Source: Candidatus Hydrogenedentota bacterium | GTDB taxonomy: Bacteria; Hydrogenedentota; Hydrogenedentia; Hydrogenedentales; SLHB01 | Assembly (NCBI GenBank): GCA_963668025.2 | Contig: CAXXTH010000010.1 | Coordinates: forward strand, 32,001 to 96,000 | Direction of reading: 5' to 3' | Length of the DNA stretch: 64,000 bases | Part shown: positions 36,710-47,000 of the stretch, one piece after another | How positions within the stretch are numbered: the stretch's first letter is position 1 | Layout: the number at the start of each line of letters is the position of its first letter | Program-made: the position numbers and the translations under genes | Notes under the pieces: generated by a model | The model's input: only the letters and a program-made list of their open reading frames with translations | Databases searched by the model: none | What the model was told of the DNA's origin: nothing

Positions 36710-38686
36710 GTGCATCTCGTTCTTGCATCCTTGGCGTGTCTTATCTTTAGCGGATTGCTGTCGTGGATATTCAGCCCATCAAAGCTGGGCGGGCGCATCG
36801 GCGCATGGGGCGGCGTGGCGGGCTGCCTTCTCGGCCTAGCGCCCACGCTCGATGCGTTTCGAAGCGGACTGGCCGCGTCTTTGCGCCTGCCGTGGGATGT
36901 CCCTGGCGGTTCGTTCTATATCGCCCTCGACGCCTTATCGGGACTCTTTCTGCTGCCGATCCTGGGCCTGGCGGCATTGGGCGCTATCTATGGGTCTGGA
37001 TACATGGCCCATCGGAACACGCCGCGCTCCCATTGGTTCTTCTATAACCTGCTCACCGCGGGCATGATGCTCGTCGTGCTGGCGCGCAACGGCCTGCTCT
37101 TTCTGAGCGCATGGGAGATCATGGCGCTGGCGTCCTTCTTCCTGGTCGTTACGGATGATGAACGGGAAAATGTGCGCGAGGCGGGCTGGACCTATCTCGT
37201 GGCGGCGCACCTGGGCGCGGCATTCTTATTGGGCTTTTTCGCCTTGTTGGGCCGTGAAGCCGGAACCCTCGATTTCGATGGGTTTACAGGCATGGCGGCG
37301 CTATCGCCAGGCGTGGCCGGGGCCGCGTTTTTACTGGCCTTGGTGGGATTCGGCTCGAAAGCGGGATTCATTCCCTTCCACATATGGCTTCCCGAGGCCC
37401 ATCCTGCCGCGCCGAGCCATGTCTCCGCCGTCATGTCGGGCGTCATGATTAAAACAGGCATCTACGGCATTGTCCGGGCGCTCACCTTCTTGGGGCCGCC
37501 CCCCGCCTGGTGGGGATGGCTTCTCCTCATCGTGGGCCTTACGAGTGGCATCGGAGGGGTGCTGTTCGCCCTTGCCCAGCATGACCTGAAACGCCTGCTG
37601 GCCTACCATAGCGTCGAGAACATCGGCATCATCACCATGGGCCTGGGGATCGGCTTGCTTGGGTTATCCTATGATGCGCCTCTCGTGGCCGCTCTGGGCT
37701 TCGCGGGCGGCCTGCTGCACATCATCAACCACGCTATATTCAAGGGCCTGCTCTTCCTCGGCGCGGGCAGCGTGATTCACGCCACCGGCACGGGCGATAT
37801 CGATCATCTTGGCGGCCTGTTGAAACGCATGCCCCGGACTGGCCTGGCGTTCCTCATCGGCGCCGCCGCCATTGCAGGCCTGCCGCCGCTCAACGGCTTC
37901 GTCAGCGAATACTTCGTGTTTATGGGTTCTTTCCATGGCGTAGCCTCATCCTCCGCGCGGCTCGCCGTGCCCCTAGCATTGAGCCTTGCCGGTTTAGCAC
38001 TCATCAGCGGCCTTGCGGTGGCATGTTTCGCCAAGGCCTTCGGCATTGTGTTCCTGGGCGAACCGTGCAGCGAACACGCCATGCATGCCCATGAATCGGG
38101 CGGCCTCATGGCGTTCCCGCAACTGGCGCTGGCCGCCGCTTGCGTGGCTATCGGCTTGCTGGCTCCCTTTATGCCCCATGCCATGCAGCCTGTAGTGATG
38201 GCGGCCTGCGGCTTGTCCGCAGACGCCCTTGAGCAGGCCTTCGACACCGTGCTGCCGGGATTGCAGGGCATATCGTTCGCCTTTGGAGGATTCTTCCTGC
38301 TCGTGGGCGTACTGGCGTTGCTGCGGATGCGGCTGCTGGCCAGGCGGCCTGTTACGGAATCCGGAACCTGGGATTGCGGGTATGCCGCACCGACCGCGCG
38401 CATGCAGTACACCGCCTCGTCGTTCGCACAGCCGCTCGTGGACATGTTCCACACCGTGCTACGCACCCGCCGCGCCGCGCATGCGCCCGAAGGGCTGTTC
38501 CCGCAAGCAGGCGCGTTTTCAACCGAGACCCTGGACACGTGCAGGGAGGGCCTGTATCGCCCCTTGTTCACGGGCATCGAGCGCGGCCTGGGCGTCTTGC
38601 GGCGTTTGCAGCATGGTAACCTGCATCTCTACGTGCTGTACATCGCGCTCACGCTGCTGGCGCTGTTGATCTGGAAACTAGGGTGA
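36710..38686 (+). CDS. hyfB: HyfB/HycC-like antiporter-type membrane subunit
   Basis: WEIMALAS, KAG.IPFHIWLPEAHPAAPSHVSA, LAYHSVENIG, PPLNGFVSE. Confidence 0.85.
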   Translation: MHLVLASLACLIFSGLLSWIFSPSKLGGRIGAWGGVAGCLLGLAPTLDAFRSGLAASLRLPWDVPGGSFYIALDALSGLFLLPILGLAALGAIYGSGYMAHRNTPRSHWFFYNLLTAGMMLVVLARNGLLFLSAWEIMALASFFLVVTDDERENVREAGWTYLVAAHLGAAFLLGFFALLGREAGTLDFDGFTGMAALSPGVAGAAFLLALVGFGSKAGFIPFHIWLPEAHPAAPSHVSAVMSGVMIKTGIYGIVRALTFLGPPPAWWGWLLLIVGLTSGIGGVLFALAQHDLKRLLAYHSVENIGIITMGLGIGLLGLSYDAPLVAALGFAGGLLHIINHAIFKGLLFLGAGSVIHATGTGDIDHLGGLLKRMPRTGLAFLIGAAAIAGLPPLNGFVSEYFVFMGSFHGVASSSARLAVPLALSLAGLALISGLAVACFAKAFGIVFLGEPCSEHAMHAHESGGLMAFPQLALAAACVAIGLLAPFMPHAMQPVVMAACGLSADALEQAFDTVLPGLQGISFAFGGFFLLVGVLALLRMRLLARRPVTESGTWDCGYAAPTARMQYTASSFAQPLVDMFHTVLRTRRAAHAPEGLFPQAGAFSTETLDTCREGLYRPLFTGIERGLGVLRRLQHGNLHLYVLYIALTLLALLIWKLG

Positions 38687-39606
38687 TTCAAATGAGCGCG
38701 ACATCCATCATACCGCCGCTCCTGGGGCTGCTGCTCTCGCCTTTGATGCTGGGCGTGATCAATCGTACGAAGGCCTTTTTCGCGGGGCGCAACGGGCAGC
38801 CGCTATTGCAAGTGTATTACGATTTATGGAAGCTCTTGCACAAGGGCGCGGTTTATAGCCGCACCACCACCTGGGTGTTCCGGGCAGGCCCGATAGTGGG
38901 CTTGGCATCGGCGCTTGCGGCGCTGGCCATGCTTCCCTTGGGCGGCATCGCCGCGCCATTGTCCTTCAGCGGCGACCTTATCGCCTTCGCGGGGCTTCTC
39001 GGCCTGATGCGGTTCTTCACGGCCATCGCGGCCCTCGACACGGGTTCAAGCTTCGAGGGCATGGGCGCGAGCCGCGAAGTGCAATTCGCCAGCTTGGCAG
39101 AGCCGGTGTTTTATCTGGCGCTGGCCGTGCTGGTCCAGCGCACGGGCGTGGCGTCGCTCAGCCAGGCGTATGCCTCGATATCCGTAAGCTTGTGGGCCGC
39201 ATCGGGTCCTGCGCTCGCCCTGGCCGCCATTACGCTGTTCGTCGTGTTTTTAACAGAAAACGCCCGCATCCCCATCGACGACCCCACTACGCATCTCGAA
39301 CTGACCATGATCCATGAAGTGATGGTGCTCGACCACAGCGGGCCGGATTTCGCGTTCATTACCTATGGCGCGGCGCTCAAGCATTGGATGCTGGGCGCGC
39401 TGGTGGTGGGGCTCCTTGTTCCCGTACACACGGGCCATGCCATCGTGGACGCCTGCGCTTTCGTGGCGGGGCTTTTTATGCTGGCGGTGCTGGTGGGCGT
39501 GGTGGAGTCCTCGATGGCGCGGCTCCGCCTGCTACGCGTGCCGCAATTGCTCGTGGGAGCAGGCGCATTGAGCGCCTTCGCGCTCATTACCGGACTACTG
39601 AGGTAA
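38683..39606 (+). CDS. hyfC: HyfC/HycD (NuoH-like) membrane subunit
   Basis: GRNGQPLLQ, GMGASRE, ENARIPIDDP.THLELTMIHE. Confidence 0.88.
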   Translation: MIQMSATSIIPPLLGLLLSPLMLGVINRTKAFFAGRNGQPLLQVYYDLWKLLHKGAVYSRTTTWVFRAGPIVGLASALAALAMLPLGGIAAPLSFSGDLIAFAGLLGLMRFFTAIAALDTGSSFEGMGASREVQFASLAEPVFYLALAVLVQRTGVASLSQAYASISVSLWAASGPALALAAITLFVVFLTENARIPIDDPTTHLELTMIHEVMVLDHSGPDFAFITYGAALKHWMLGALVVGLLVPVHTGHAIVDACAFVAGLFMLAVLVGVVESSMARLRLLRVPQLLVGAGALSAFALITGLLR

Positions 39607-39612
39607 CGCCGT

Positions 39613-40257
39613 ATGCTTGAATGGGTTGATATGTCCATCATGGTGGCCGCTATCGCGAATCTGGCGATTCTGGGCGCGAGCCGCCTAAGCTTTTGCATTC
39701 GCGCCGTGGCGCTGCAAGGCATCGCGCTGGGCTTTTTCACCATTTTCGCCCATGCGGAAGACTTCTCCATTCACATTGCCATATTGGCGCTGATGAGCAT
39801 GCTCATGAAAGGTGTTGTCTTTCCCAAACTCTTATTCCGCAACCTGATTCAAACCGGCGTCCGCCACGAAATGGAGCCTATCGTGGGCTATGCGGCTTCG
39901 ATTCTTTCCGGCATCGCCATGCTGGCCGCCGCATTATGGATTAGCTCCCGCCTGCCCGCCCAAGGGCTCGAGGCCTCGCCTGTCGTGCTTCCCGTCTCGT
40001 TATGGATCATATTCGTCGGGCTATTCATGATCGTTGCCCGGCGCAAGGCCATTACGCAAGTGCTGGGATACTTGGTGCTCGAGAATGGGATCTTCGCTTT
40101 CGGCGTGGCCCTCGTGGGCGGCATGCCTTTCCTGGTCGAGATGGGCGGCTTGCTCGATGTGTTCATGGCGGTATTCGTCATGGGCATCGCCATTTTCCAT
40201 ATCAATCGCGAATTCGAACACATGGATACGGACCGCATGGCGGCCCTGAAGGATTAG
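39613..40257 (+). CDS. hyfE: HyfE-like membrane subunit
   Basis: QVLGYLVLENGI, LVEMG.LLD. Confidence 0.85.
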   Translation: MLEWVDMSIMVAAIANLAILGASRLSFCIRAVALQGIALGFFTIFAHAEDFSIHIAILALMSMLMKGVVFPKLLFRNLIQTGVRHEMEPIVGYAASILSGIAMLAAALWISSRLPAQGLEASPVVLPVSLWIIFVGLFMIVARRKAITQVLGYLVLENGIFAFGVALVGGMPFLVEMGGLLDVFMAVFVMGIAIFHINREFEHMDTDRMAALKD

Positions 40258-40264
40258 GCGTTAC

Positions 40265-41725
40265 ATGATTCTTGTGCTGGTCTTTATACCTCTCCTCAGC
40301 GGAGCCGCCGCGTTTCTCATCCGGCGCGACGCCCCGCGCCGCGCTTTACTGGCATGCGCCGCCATAGCGCATGCGGCGGTGGCCGCGTCGGCGTGGGTGC
40401 ATCCGCCCGCGCCGCTATTCGGCGGATGGCTTGCACTTGACGCGCCTGGACTGCTGTTCCTGAGCATCGCATCCGCCGTATTCCTCGCGGCGGCCTTATA
40501 CGCATTAGGATACTTGCCCCGGATGCGGCATGAGCCGGACAGCGATTCGCCCTTCGGCGCACAGCCTGAAGCCATCTTCACCGGATGCCTGCTCTTGTTT
40601 CTGGCCTCCATGACCTTGATCTGCACCAGCGCGCATTTTGGATTGCTATGGGTCGCCGTCGAGGCCAGCACCCTGGCGAGCGCGCCGCTCATCTATTACC
40701 ACCGCAACACCCGTTCGCTCGAGGCCATGTGGAAATATCTCATGGTCTGCTCGGTGGGCGTGGCGCTGGCGTTGCTGGGCATTTTCTTCTTGGCGGTGTC
40801 GGCGCGCGTCGAGGGCGCGCAAGCGTCCGTGCTGGCGTCCGACCTGATCGCCGCCGGGCCAAGGCTTGAAGTTCCATGGCTGAAAGCGGCGTTCTTATTC
40901 TTCCTTGTGGGATACGGCACGAAAATGGGCCTTGCGCCGCTCCATAACTGGCTGCCAGACGCCCATAGCGAATCGCCCAGCCTCGTATCGGCGCTGCTCT
41001 CGGGCGCGCTGCTCAATTGCGCGTTTCTAGGCATCCTGCGGGCGTTGCAAGTATGCCAAGCCGCAGGCATCGGCGATTTCGCACAGCCGCTGCTGGTGGG
41101 ATTCGGGCTGTTGTCCATGGCCTTCGCGGGAGTGTTTATACTCAAACAAGCCGACTACAAGCGCATGCTCGCCTATTCGAGCGTCGAACACATGGGCATC
41201 CTTGCCCTCGGCGTGGGACTGGGCGGAGCGGCGGTGTTCGGCTCCATGCTCCACGCCGTGAACCACTCGCTCACGAAAGCCTTGCTCTTCTTCGTGGCGG
41301 GCAATATCCTTACCGCATACCGCACGAAATCCACAACGGATGTGCGGGGCGTATTACGCACACTGCCAATCACTGGCGCGCTATGGGTGGGCGGTTTTCT
41401 CGCGATCACCGGGTCTCCGCCCTTTGGACCATTCTTGAGCGAATTCACGATCTTGCGCGCCGCCGTAAGCCAGGGCGAGACAGCCGTCGCCATCATATAC
41501 CTTGCCCTTCTGGCGCTGATCTTCATAGGCATGGCAGGCATCGTATTGCGCATGGCGCAGGGCGCGCCAGCTAAAATGGAAACGGATACGGCAGCCCACG
41601 AGCCATGGCCAACCATCATGCCGCCGCTGGCGCTGATGGCGTTGGCGCTCTTGCTGGGCGTCTATATCCCTGGCCCGCTGCGTGATATTCTGCATGAAGC
41701 GTCGCGTACGCTGGGAGGCCTGTGA
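40265..41725 (+). CDS. hyfF: HyfF-like antiporter-type membrane subunit
   Basis: SLEAMWKY, GYGTKMGLAP.HNWLPDAHSE, KRMLAYSSVEHMG. Confidence 0.88.
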   Translation: MILVLVFIPLLSGAAAFLIRRDAPRRALLACAAIAHAAVAASAWVHPPAPLFGGWLALDAPGLLFLSIASAVFLAAALYALGYLPRMRHEPDSDSPFGAQPEAIFTGCLLLFLASMTLICTSAHFGLLWVAVEASTLASAPLIYYHRNTRSLEAMWKYLMVCSVGVALALLGIFFLAVSARVEGAQASVLASDLIAAGPRLEVPWLKAAFLFFLVGYGTKMGLAPLHNWLPDAHSESPSLVSALLSGALLNCAFLGILRALQVCQAAGIGDFAQPLLVGFGLLSMAFAGVFILKQADYKRMLAYSSVEHMGILALGVGLGGAAVFGSMLHAVNHSLTKALLFFVAGNILTAYRTKSTTDVRGVLRTLPITGALWVGGFLAITGSPPFGPFLSEFTILRAAVSQGETAVAIIYLALLALIFIGMAGIVLRMAQGAPAKMETDTAAHEPWPTIMPPLALMALALLLGVYIPGPLRDILHEASRTLGGL

Positions 41726-43239
41726 TGAATCAGCCTCGGCCCACAACCTTATATAACGCGCAGAGCGTTCCGCTCCGCTCGATCCCGGTATTCCCCATAC
41801 ACGAATTCCGCGAACAGGTGATCCGCGATGTTGCGGCAGGCGGGCGCATCGCCTCGCTGTTCGGCGTCCCATGCGAGGAAGGCGTCCGGCTCTACGCCGT
41901 GCTGGCGCAGGATGAAAACGGCGCGCTGTCGGCCTGCGCGGCGGATGTGGCCGATGCATACCCCGCCTTGACGCCCGACTGCCCCCAGGCGCATTGGTTC
42001 GAGCGGGAACTCGCCGAGCAATGGGGCCTGCGGCCCGAGGGGCATCCTTGGCTGAAGCCCATCCGGTTCCACGCTTCATATCGTTCCGGGCATGACGCCT
42101 GGAATCGAAAAGCCAAGCCACAGCCTTGCGTGGGCGAGTTCTACCGCGTCGAAGGCGAGGAAATCCATGAAGTGGCCGTGGGACCGGTGCATGCGGGCAT
42201 TATCGAGCCGGGGCACTTCCGGTTCCAGTGCCACGGCGAGCATGTCTTCCACCTCGAAATATCATTGGGCTACCAACATCGGGGCGTCGAGCGCGCCCTC
42301 GTGGGCGGCCCCGGTAAACGCACTATCCACTACATGGAAACCCTCGCGGGCGACACATCCATTGGGCACACACTGGCGTATTGCCAAGCCATCGAAGCTC
42401 TAGCAGGCATTCATACGCCCGCCCGCTCCCATGCGTTGCGGGCCGTAGCCCTCGAACTGGAACGCCTGGCCAACCATACCGGCGACCTGGGCGCTTTGGC
42501 GGGCGACGTAGGCTATCTGCCTACGGCCTCCTATTGCGGCCGCATCCGGGGCGACTTCTTGAACATGACCGCCCTGCTATGCGGCAACCGGTTTGGCCGC
42601 AACCTGGTTCGCCCCGGCGGCGTGGCGTTCGATGCGGATGATGCCCGGGTGGAAGAACTGCTGAAGCGCCTCAAGGCAGCGCGCAAGGACGCCACCGGGG
42701 CCATCGAGCTGCTGTGGAACACGCCTTCCGTATTGGCCCGGTTCGAGGATACCGGCGTTGTCTCCATCGAGACCTGCCGCGCTTTGGGATTGGTGGGGCC
42801 TGCCGCGCGGGCCTGCGGCGTCGAGCAGGATGTGCGTGTCGATTTTCCCACGGGCATATATAGCTTCACGCATATCCCTGTATCGGCATGCTACTCCGGC
42901 GATGTCTTCGCTCGAGCGCTGGTGCGCTGGCTCGAGATCCAACGGTCGCTGGCGTTTATCGAGTCGCAATTGCACAGCCTGCCGGAAGGCGCTACGCGCG
43001 CAGCCGCAGGCGCACTCGAGCCTGAGCGGATGGCGGTATCCCTAATCGAAGGCTGGCGCGGCGAGATCTGCCATGTGGCCCTCACGGACGCGCAAGGACG
43101 ATTCATGGCCTACAAAGTGGCGGACCCCAGTTTCCACAACTGGATGGGCCTGGCCATGGCCCTGCGCGATCAGCAGATCGCCGATTTTCCTTTGTGCAAC
43201 AAGAGCTTCAACTTGTCCTATTGTGGACATGACCTCTGA
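41722..43239 (+). CDS. HycE/HyfG-like large subunit (NuoC+D-like) lacking Ni-binding CxxC motifs (Ehr type)
   Basis: GPVHAGIIEPGHFRF, HRGVE, EGWRGE, DPSF.NW; ends FPLCNKSFNLSYCGHDL. Confidence 0.88.
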   Translation: MMNQPRPTTLYNAQSVPLRSIPVFPIHEFREQVIRDVAAGGRIASLFGVPCEEGVRLYAVLAQDENGALSACAADVADAYPALTPDCPQAHWFERELAEQWGLRPEGHPWLKPIRFHASYRSGHDAWNRKAKPQPCVGEFYRVEGEEIHEVAVGPVHAGIIEPGHFRFQCHGEHVFHLEISLGYQHRGVERALVGGPGKRTIHYMETLAGDTSIGHTLAYCQAIEALAGIHTPARSHALRAVALELERLANHTGDLGALAGDVGYLPTASYCGRIRGDFLNMTALLCGNRFGRNLVRPGGVAFDADDARVEELLKRLKAARKDATGAIELLWNTPSVLARFEDTGVVSIETCRALGLVGPAARACGVEQDVRVDFPTGIYSFTHIPVSACYSGDVFARALVRWLEIQRSLAFIESQLHSLPEGATRAAAGALEPERMAVSLIEGWRGEICHVALTDAQGRFMAYKVADPSFHNWMGLAMALRDQQIADFPLCNKSFNLSYCGHDL

Positions 43240-43248
43240 GGAAACGCC

Positions 43249-44004
43249 ATGTTGAAGGCCCTGCTTGAACGCATCCGCCAAGGCCACCGGACCGGCCCCT
43301 TTCCGCGTACGGAACCCGTGATGCCGGACCGTTTTCTGGGATTGCCTGCTCTCGATTCCACCAAATGCGCCGTAGGCTGCGCGGAGTGCATTGAAATATG
43401 CCCCACGGATGCCATAACTATGGGTGCTGAAGGTTTACAGTTGGACATGGGCCGGTGTCTTTTCTGCGGTGCGTGCGCCGAGGCATGCCCGGCGGGCGCG
43501 CTGGCTTTCACCCGCGGCTACAGCCTCGCCTCACGCACACGCCAGGCGCTGCTCCTGGATAGGAATCCCTACGAGAAAGCCCAAGCCCTTGATAAGGCCG
43601 CGCGCCGGGTGTTTGGGCACTCGCTCAAATTGCGCCAAGTAAGTGCGGGCGGCTGCAACGCCTGTGAGGCGGACACCAATGTATTGAACACGCTCGTGTT
43701 TGATCTGGGCCGGTTCGGCATCCAATTCGTGGCCGCGCCGCGACATGCCGACGGGCTGCTCATCACGGGCCCTGTCACGCAGAATATGGGGCTTGCACTC
43801 CGCAAAACGTATGAGGCCGTTCCCGCGCCTAAGTTCGTAGTCGCCGTGGGCGCGTGCGCCATATCCGGCGGGCCTTACGCGGGCCATGATGAAGTTCACA
43901 ACGGCGCGGAGGAAATGGTTCCCGTGGACCTCTATATCCCCGGATGCCCGCCTCATCCTTATACTATTCTGGATGGGCTATTGCGCCTTATTGGCCGCCG
44001 GTGA
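43249..44004 (+). CDS. 2x[4Fe-4S] ferredoxin fused to a NuoB/HycG-like small subunit
   Basis: CAVGCAECIEICP, CLFCGACAEACP; GGCNACE, GAC, IPGCPP. Confidence 0.9.
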   Translation: MLKALLERIRQGHRTGPFPRTEPVMPDRFLGLPALDSTKCAVGCAECIEICPTDAITMGAEGLQLDMGRCLFCGACAEACPAGALAFTRGYSLASRTRQALLLDRNPYEKAQALDKAARRVFGHSLKLRQVSAGGCNACEADTNVLNTLVFDLGRFGIQFVAAPRHADGLLITGPVTQNMGLALRKTYEAVPAPKFVVAVGACAISGGPYAGHDEVHNGAEEMVPVDLYIPGCPPHPYTILDGLLRLIGRR

Positions 44005-44032
44005 GGGTATTTCGGCCAAAGGCGGAGCGGGA

Positions 44033-47000
44033 CTATTCCCCGTCGAGCAGTTTTCGCAATATCGCCGCAAGCGCTTTTATGGAAAACGGTTTGTGGATAA
44101 AATTCTCTCCCTCTACCATAGCCCCATTCATGGCGACTTCATTATCCGCATAGCCGGACATGTACAGCACTTTCACATGGGGATAACGGGCGGCTACCGT
44201 AGCATATAAATCGGGGCCGTTCATTTCAGGCATCACCACATCCGTCAGAAGCAAATGCACAGGCTTGTCATATTGCTCTAAAATGGACAAGGCATCGCGG
44301 CCATCTTGGGCGGTTAGCACCGTATAGCCATGCATTCTAAGTATTGTCTGCGTGATTTTTTTCACCTGCTCATTATCTTCAACCAGTAATATGGTCTCCG
44401 TGCCATATACATTGTCTTGGGCGGCTTGCATATGCTCTTCCTCCGGCATTGGCTCGTGAGAGACCGGGAAACGGATAATAAAAACCGTACCGCCACCGAG
44501 CTCACTCTGAACATGGATCGTTCCGCCATGCTGCCTGACAATTCCATACACCGTCGCCAAGCCAAGTCCGGTGCCTTTGTCTATGGCCTTGGTCGTAAAA
44601 AACGGTTCAAAGATATGCTCGCATGTGATGGCGCTCATGCCAAATCCCGTATCTCGGACTTCTAAACAAACTTGGTGGTGGTGGGCATCATTCGTACAAA
44701 CCGCCTCGCGGCCGCATTCCGAGCAAGCCTGCGACGTCTCGAAGTAGAGGATGCCTCCTTGCGGCATGGCGTCTTGGGCGTTCACCGCCAGATTCATGAT
44801 GACTTGTTCGATTTGGCCTATGTCGCCTTTGATAAGCGGTAGAGCAGTTCCATAGGTAATAGAAATCGCAATATCTTCCCGGATCGTTCTGCGCAGCAGC
44901 TTTTCAAATTGCGTTAAAACTCGGTTCAGGTCGATAGGCTTGAATTCAAGCACTTGCTTGCGGCTGAAGGCTAGAAGCTGCCGCACTAAATCACGCGCCC
45001 GTGTGCCCGCCTCAATGATTTCCTCCACGGAGGCCCTGCGCGTGTCTTCAATGCCGAATTCATCGAGCAAAATCTCGCCGTATCCCAGAATAGGTGAAAG
45101 CAGATTATTCAAATCATGCGCCACTCCCCCCGCCAGGCGGCCCACCGACTCGAGCTTCTGCGCTTGCTGGAATTGCGCCTCGAGGGCGGCCCTTTCGGCG
45201 TTCAGGCGGAGTTCTTCCGTGATGTCATGCTTGACGGCCACATAGCTGACCACCTGCCCCGATGAATCGTGTATGGGCGATATCACCACATCTTCCGTAT
45301 AGTGCGTTCCGTCTTTGCGCTTGTTTACAAACTGCCCATGCCAGGTCATGCCGGAGGAGAGCTGCGACCACATCTCTTGATAGAACGCATCATCCTGCTT
45401 TCCACTTTTCAAAATGCGTGGATTCTGGCCTATAACCTCCGCCCAGGAGTAGCCAGTAGTTCGTTCAAAAGCAGGATTAACATACGTTATGCACGCATCC
45501 GCTCCGGTGATTACGATCACCTCGCTGGTTTGCTCGATGGCGAGCAGCATTTTTTCATGCTCGGTTTCCGCATGCTTGCGCTTGGTGATATCGCGCGCCA
45601 CGATGAGCACGCGATCATATACGCCATTCTCTTCCATCAAAGCGGAGCTGATCTCCACGGGCACTCGCTGTCCATCCATATTGGTGACTTCAAGTTCATA
45701 GAGTAAGGCTTTTCCTTCTCCCTGTAAGCGTTGTGCATGGCGCTTCAACAGAATGTCCAGATGCTCCTCGGGAATGAATTCCTTGATGTTGCGTCTCAGA
45801 ATTTCCGATTCCTCGCAGTTGAAGAAATCAAGCCCGGCGCGGTTGATATATGTGATTTGGCCATCCATACCATGCACGAGGATGATCTCGATCGCCGTTT
45901 CGGCTACTTGCCGGTAACGCGATTCGCTGGCCTGCAGCGCCATTTCCGCCTGGCGCTGTTCCGTTATGTCTTGCGAAATACCTATATAGCTTAGAATATT
46001 TCCATCACTATCCCGAAGCGGAGAACCCGTGGAAGTATGCCAGCGCCAAACACCATCTTTGCGCCGGACCCGGTATTCAACTCCCTTGAGGCTTTCACCC
46101 CGTTTTGTAACACCAATAAAAAACTCTCGGCATGCCGGAATTTCGTTGAGATGCACATAATATTCAAAAGAGCGCCCAACCGCTTCATTCGCCGGTTCAC
46201 CCACAAATTTCAGCCAATTAGGTGAGACATAAGTGAAAATCCCTTCCAACGATAATGTGTATACCATATCGTGAGCATTTTCGACGTAGGAGCGGAACCG
46301 CTCTTCACTGTGGCGCAGCGCCTCTTCCGCTTGCTTGCGCTCGGTGATATCTTGGGCGCTGCCATATATGCGCGACACGCGGTGGCGCTCTTCGTCCCAT
46401 ACCGGATGGGCGTAATTGCGCAGCCAATGCTCCTGGCCGTCCTTATCAAACACGCGAAGCTCACACACATCCGGTTTTCCTGAAAGAAGCGCTTCCTTAT
46501 GCTGCCGGGCGCGCGAAATATCATCCGAATGCACGATGCTCAATGCCCCGCCACGGGCATTCAGTTCATCAATGGAATACGCCCAAAACGACAGGACTCC
46601 TGGGGTCGCCCACTCGATTATGGATTTTCCATCTGGCTCGATTCGCAACGCATAAGCAAAGTCGGAAATAATTTCGGATACCACCCGGTACCGTTCTTCG
46701 CTCTTGCTGAGATCCTCGAGTAGTTTTTCCCGCTCCGCGAGCGCCCGGGCAAGGCGGATGTTCCCGTAGCTTAACAGGGAGATGAGGCTGCCCAATTTCG
46801 CCAGAAAACGCATGGTAATTTCGATTTTTACCCTACTGAAACGTGGCAGCCGATCAAGCGCCTCCAAATATTTCTTTTCATCAAAACCATATCGCCGGGC
46901 TTGCTCGATAAATAGCTGGCGATCCGGTTCTTCGTCGTCAAATAGAAACTGGCCTATGTAGATGTTTCCCACCAGGTGTTCACCCAAGTACATGGGCGTG

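Noticed and set aside
41722-43239. Functional [NiFe]-hydrogenase large subunit
   Set aside because: Both CxxC nickel-binding motifs are absent.
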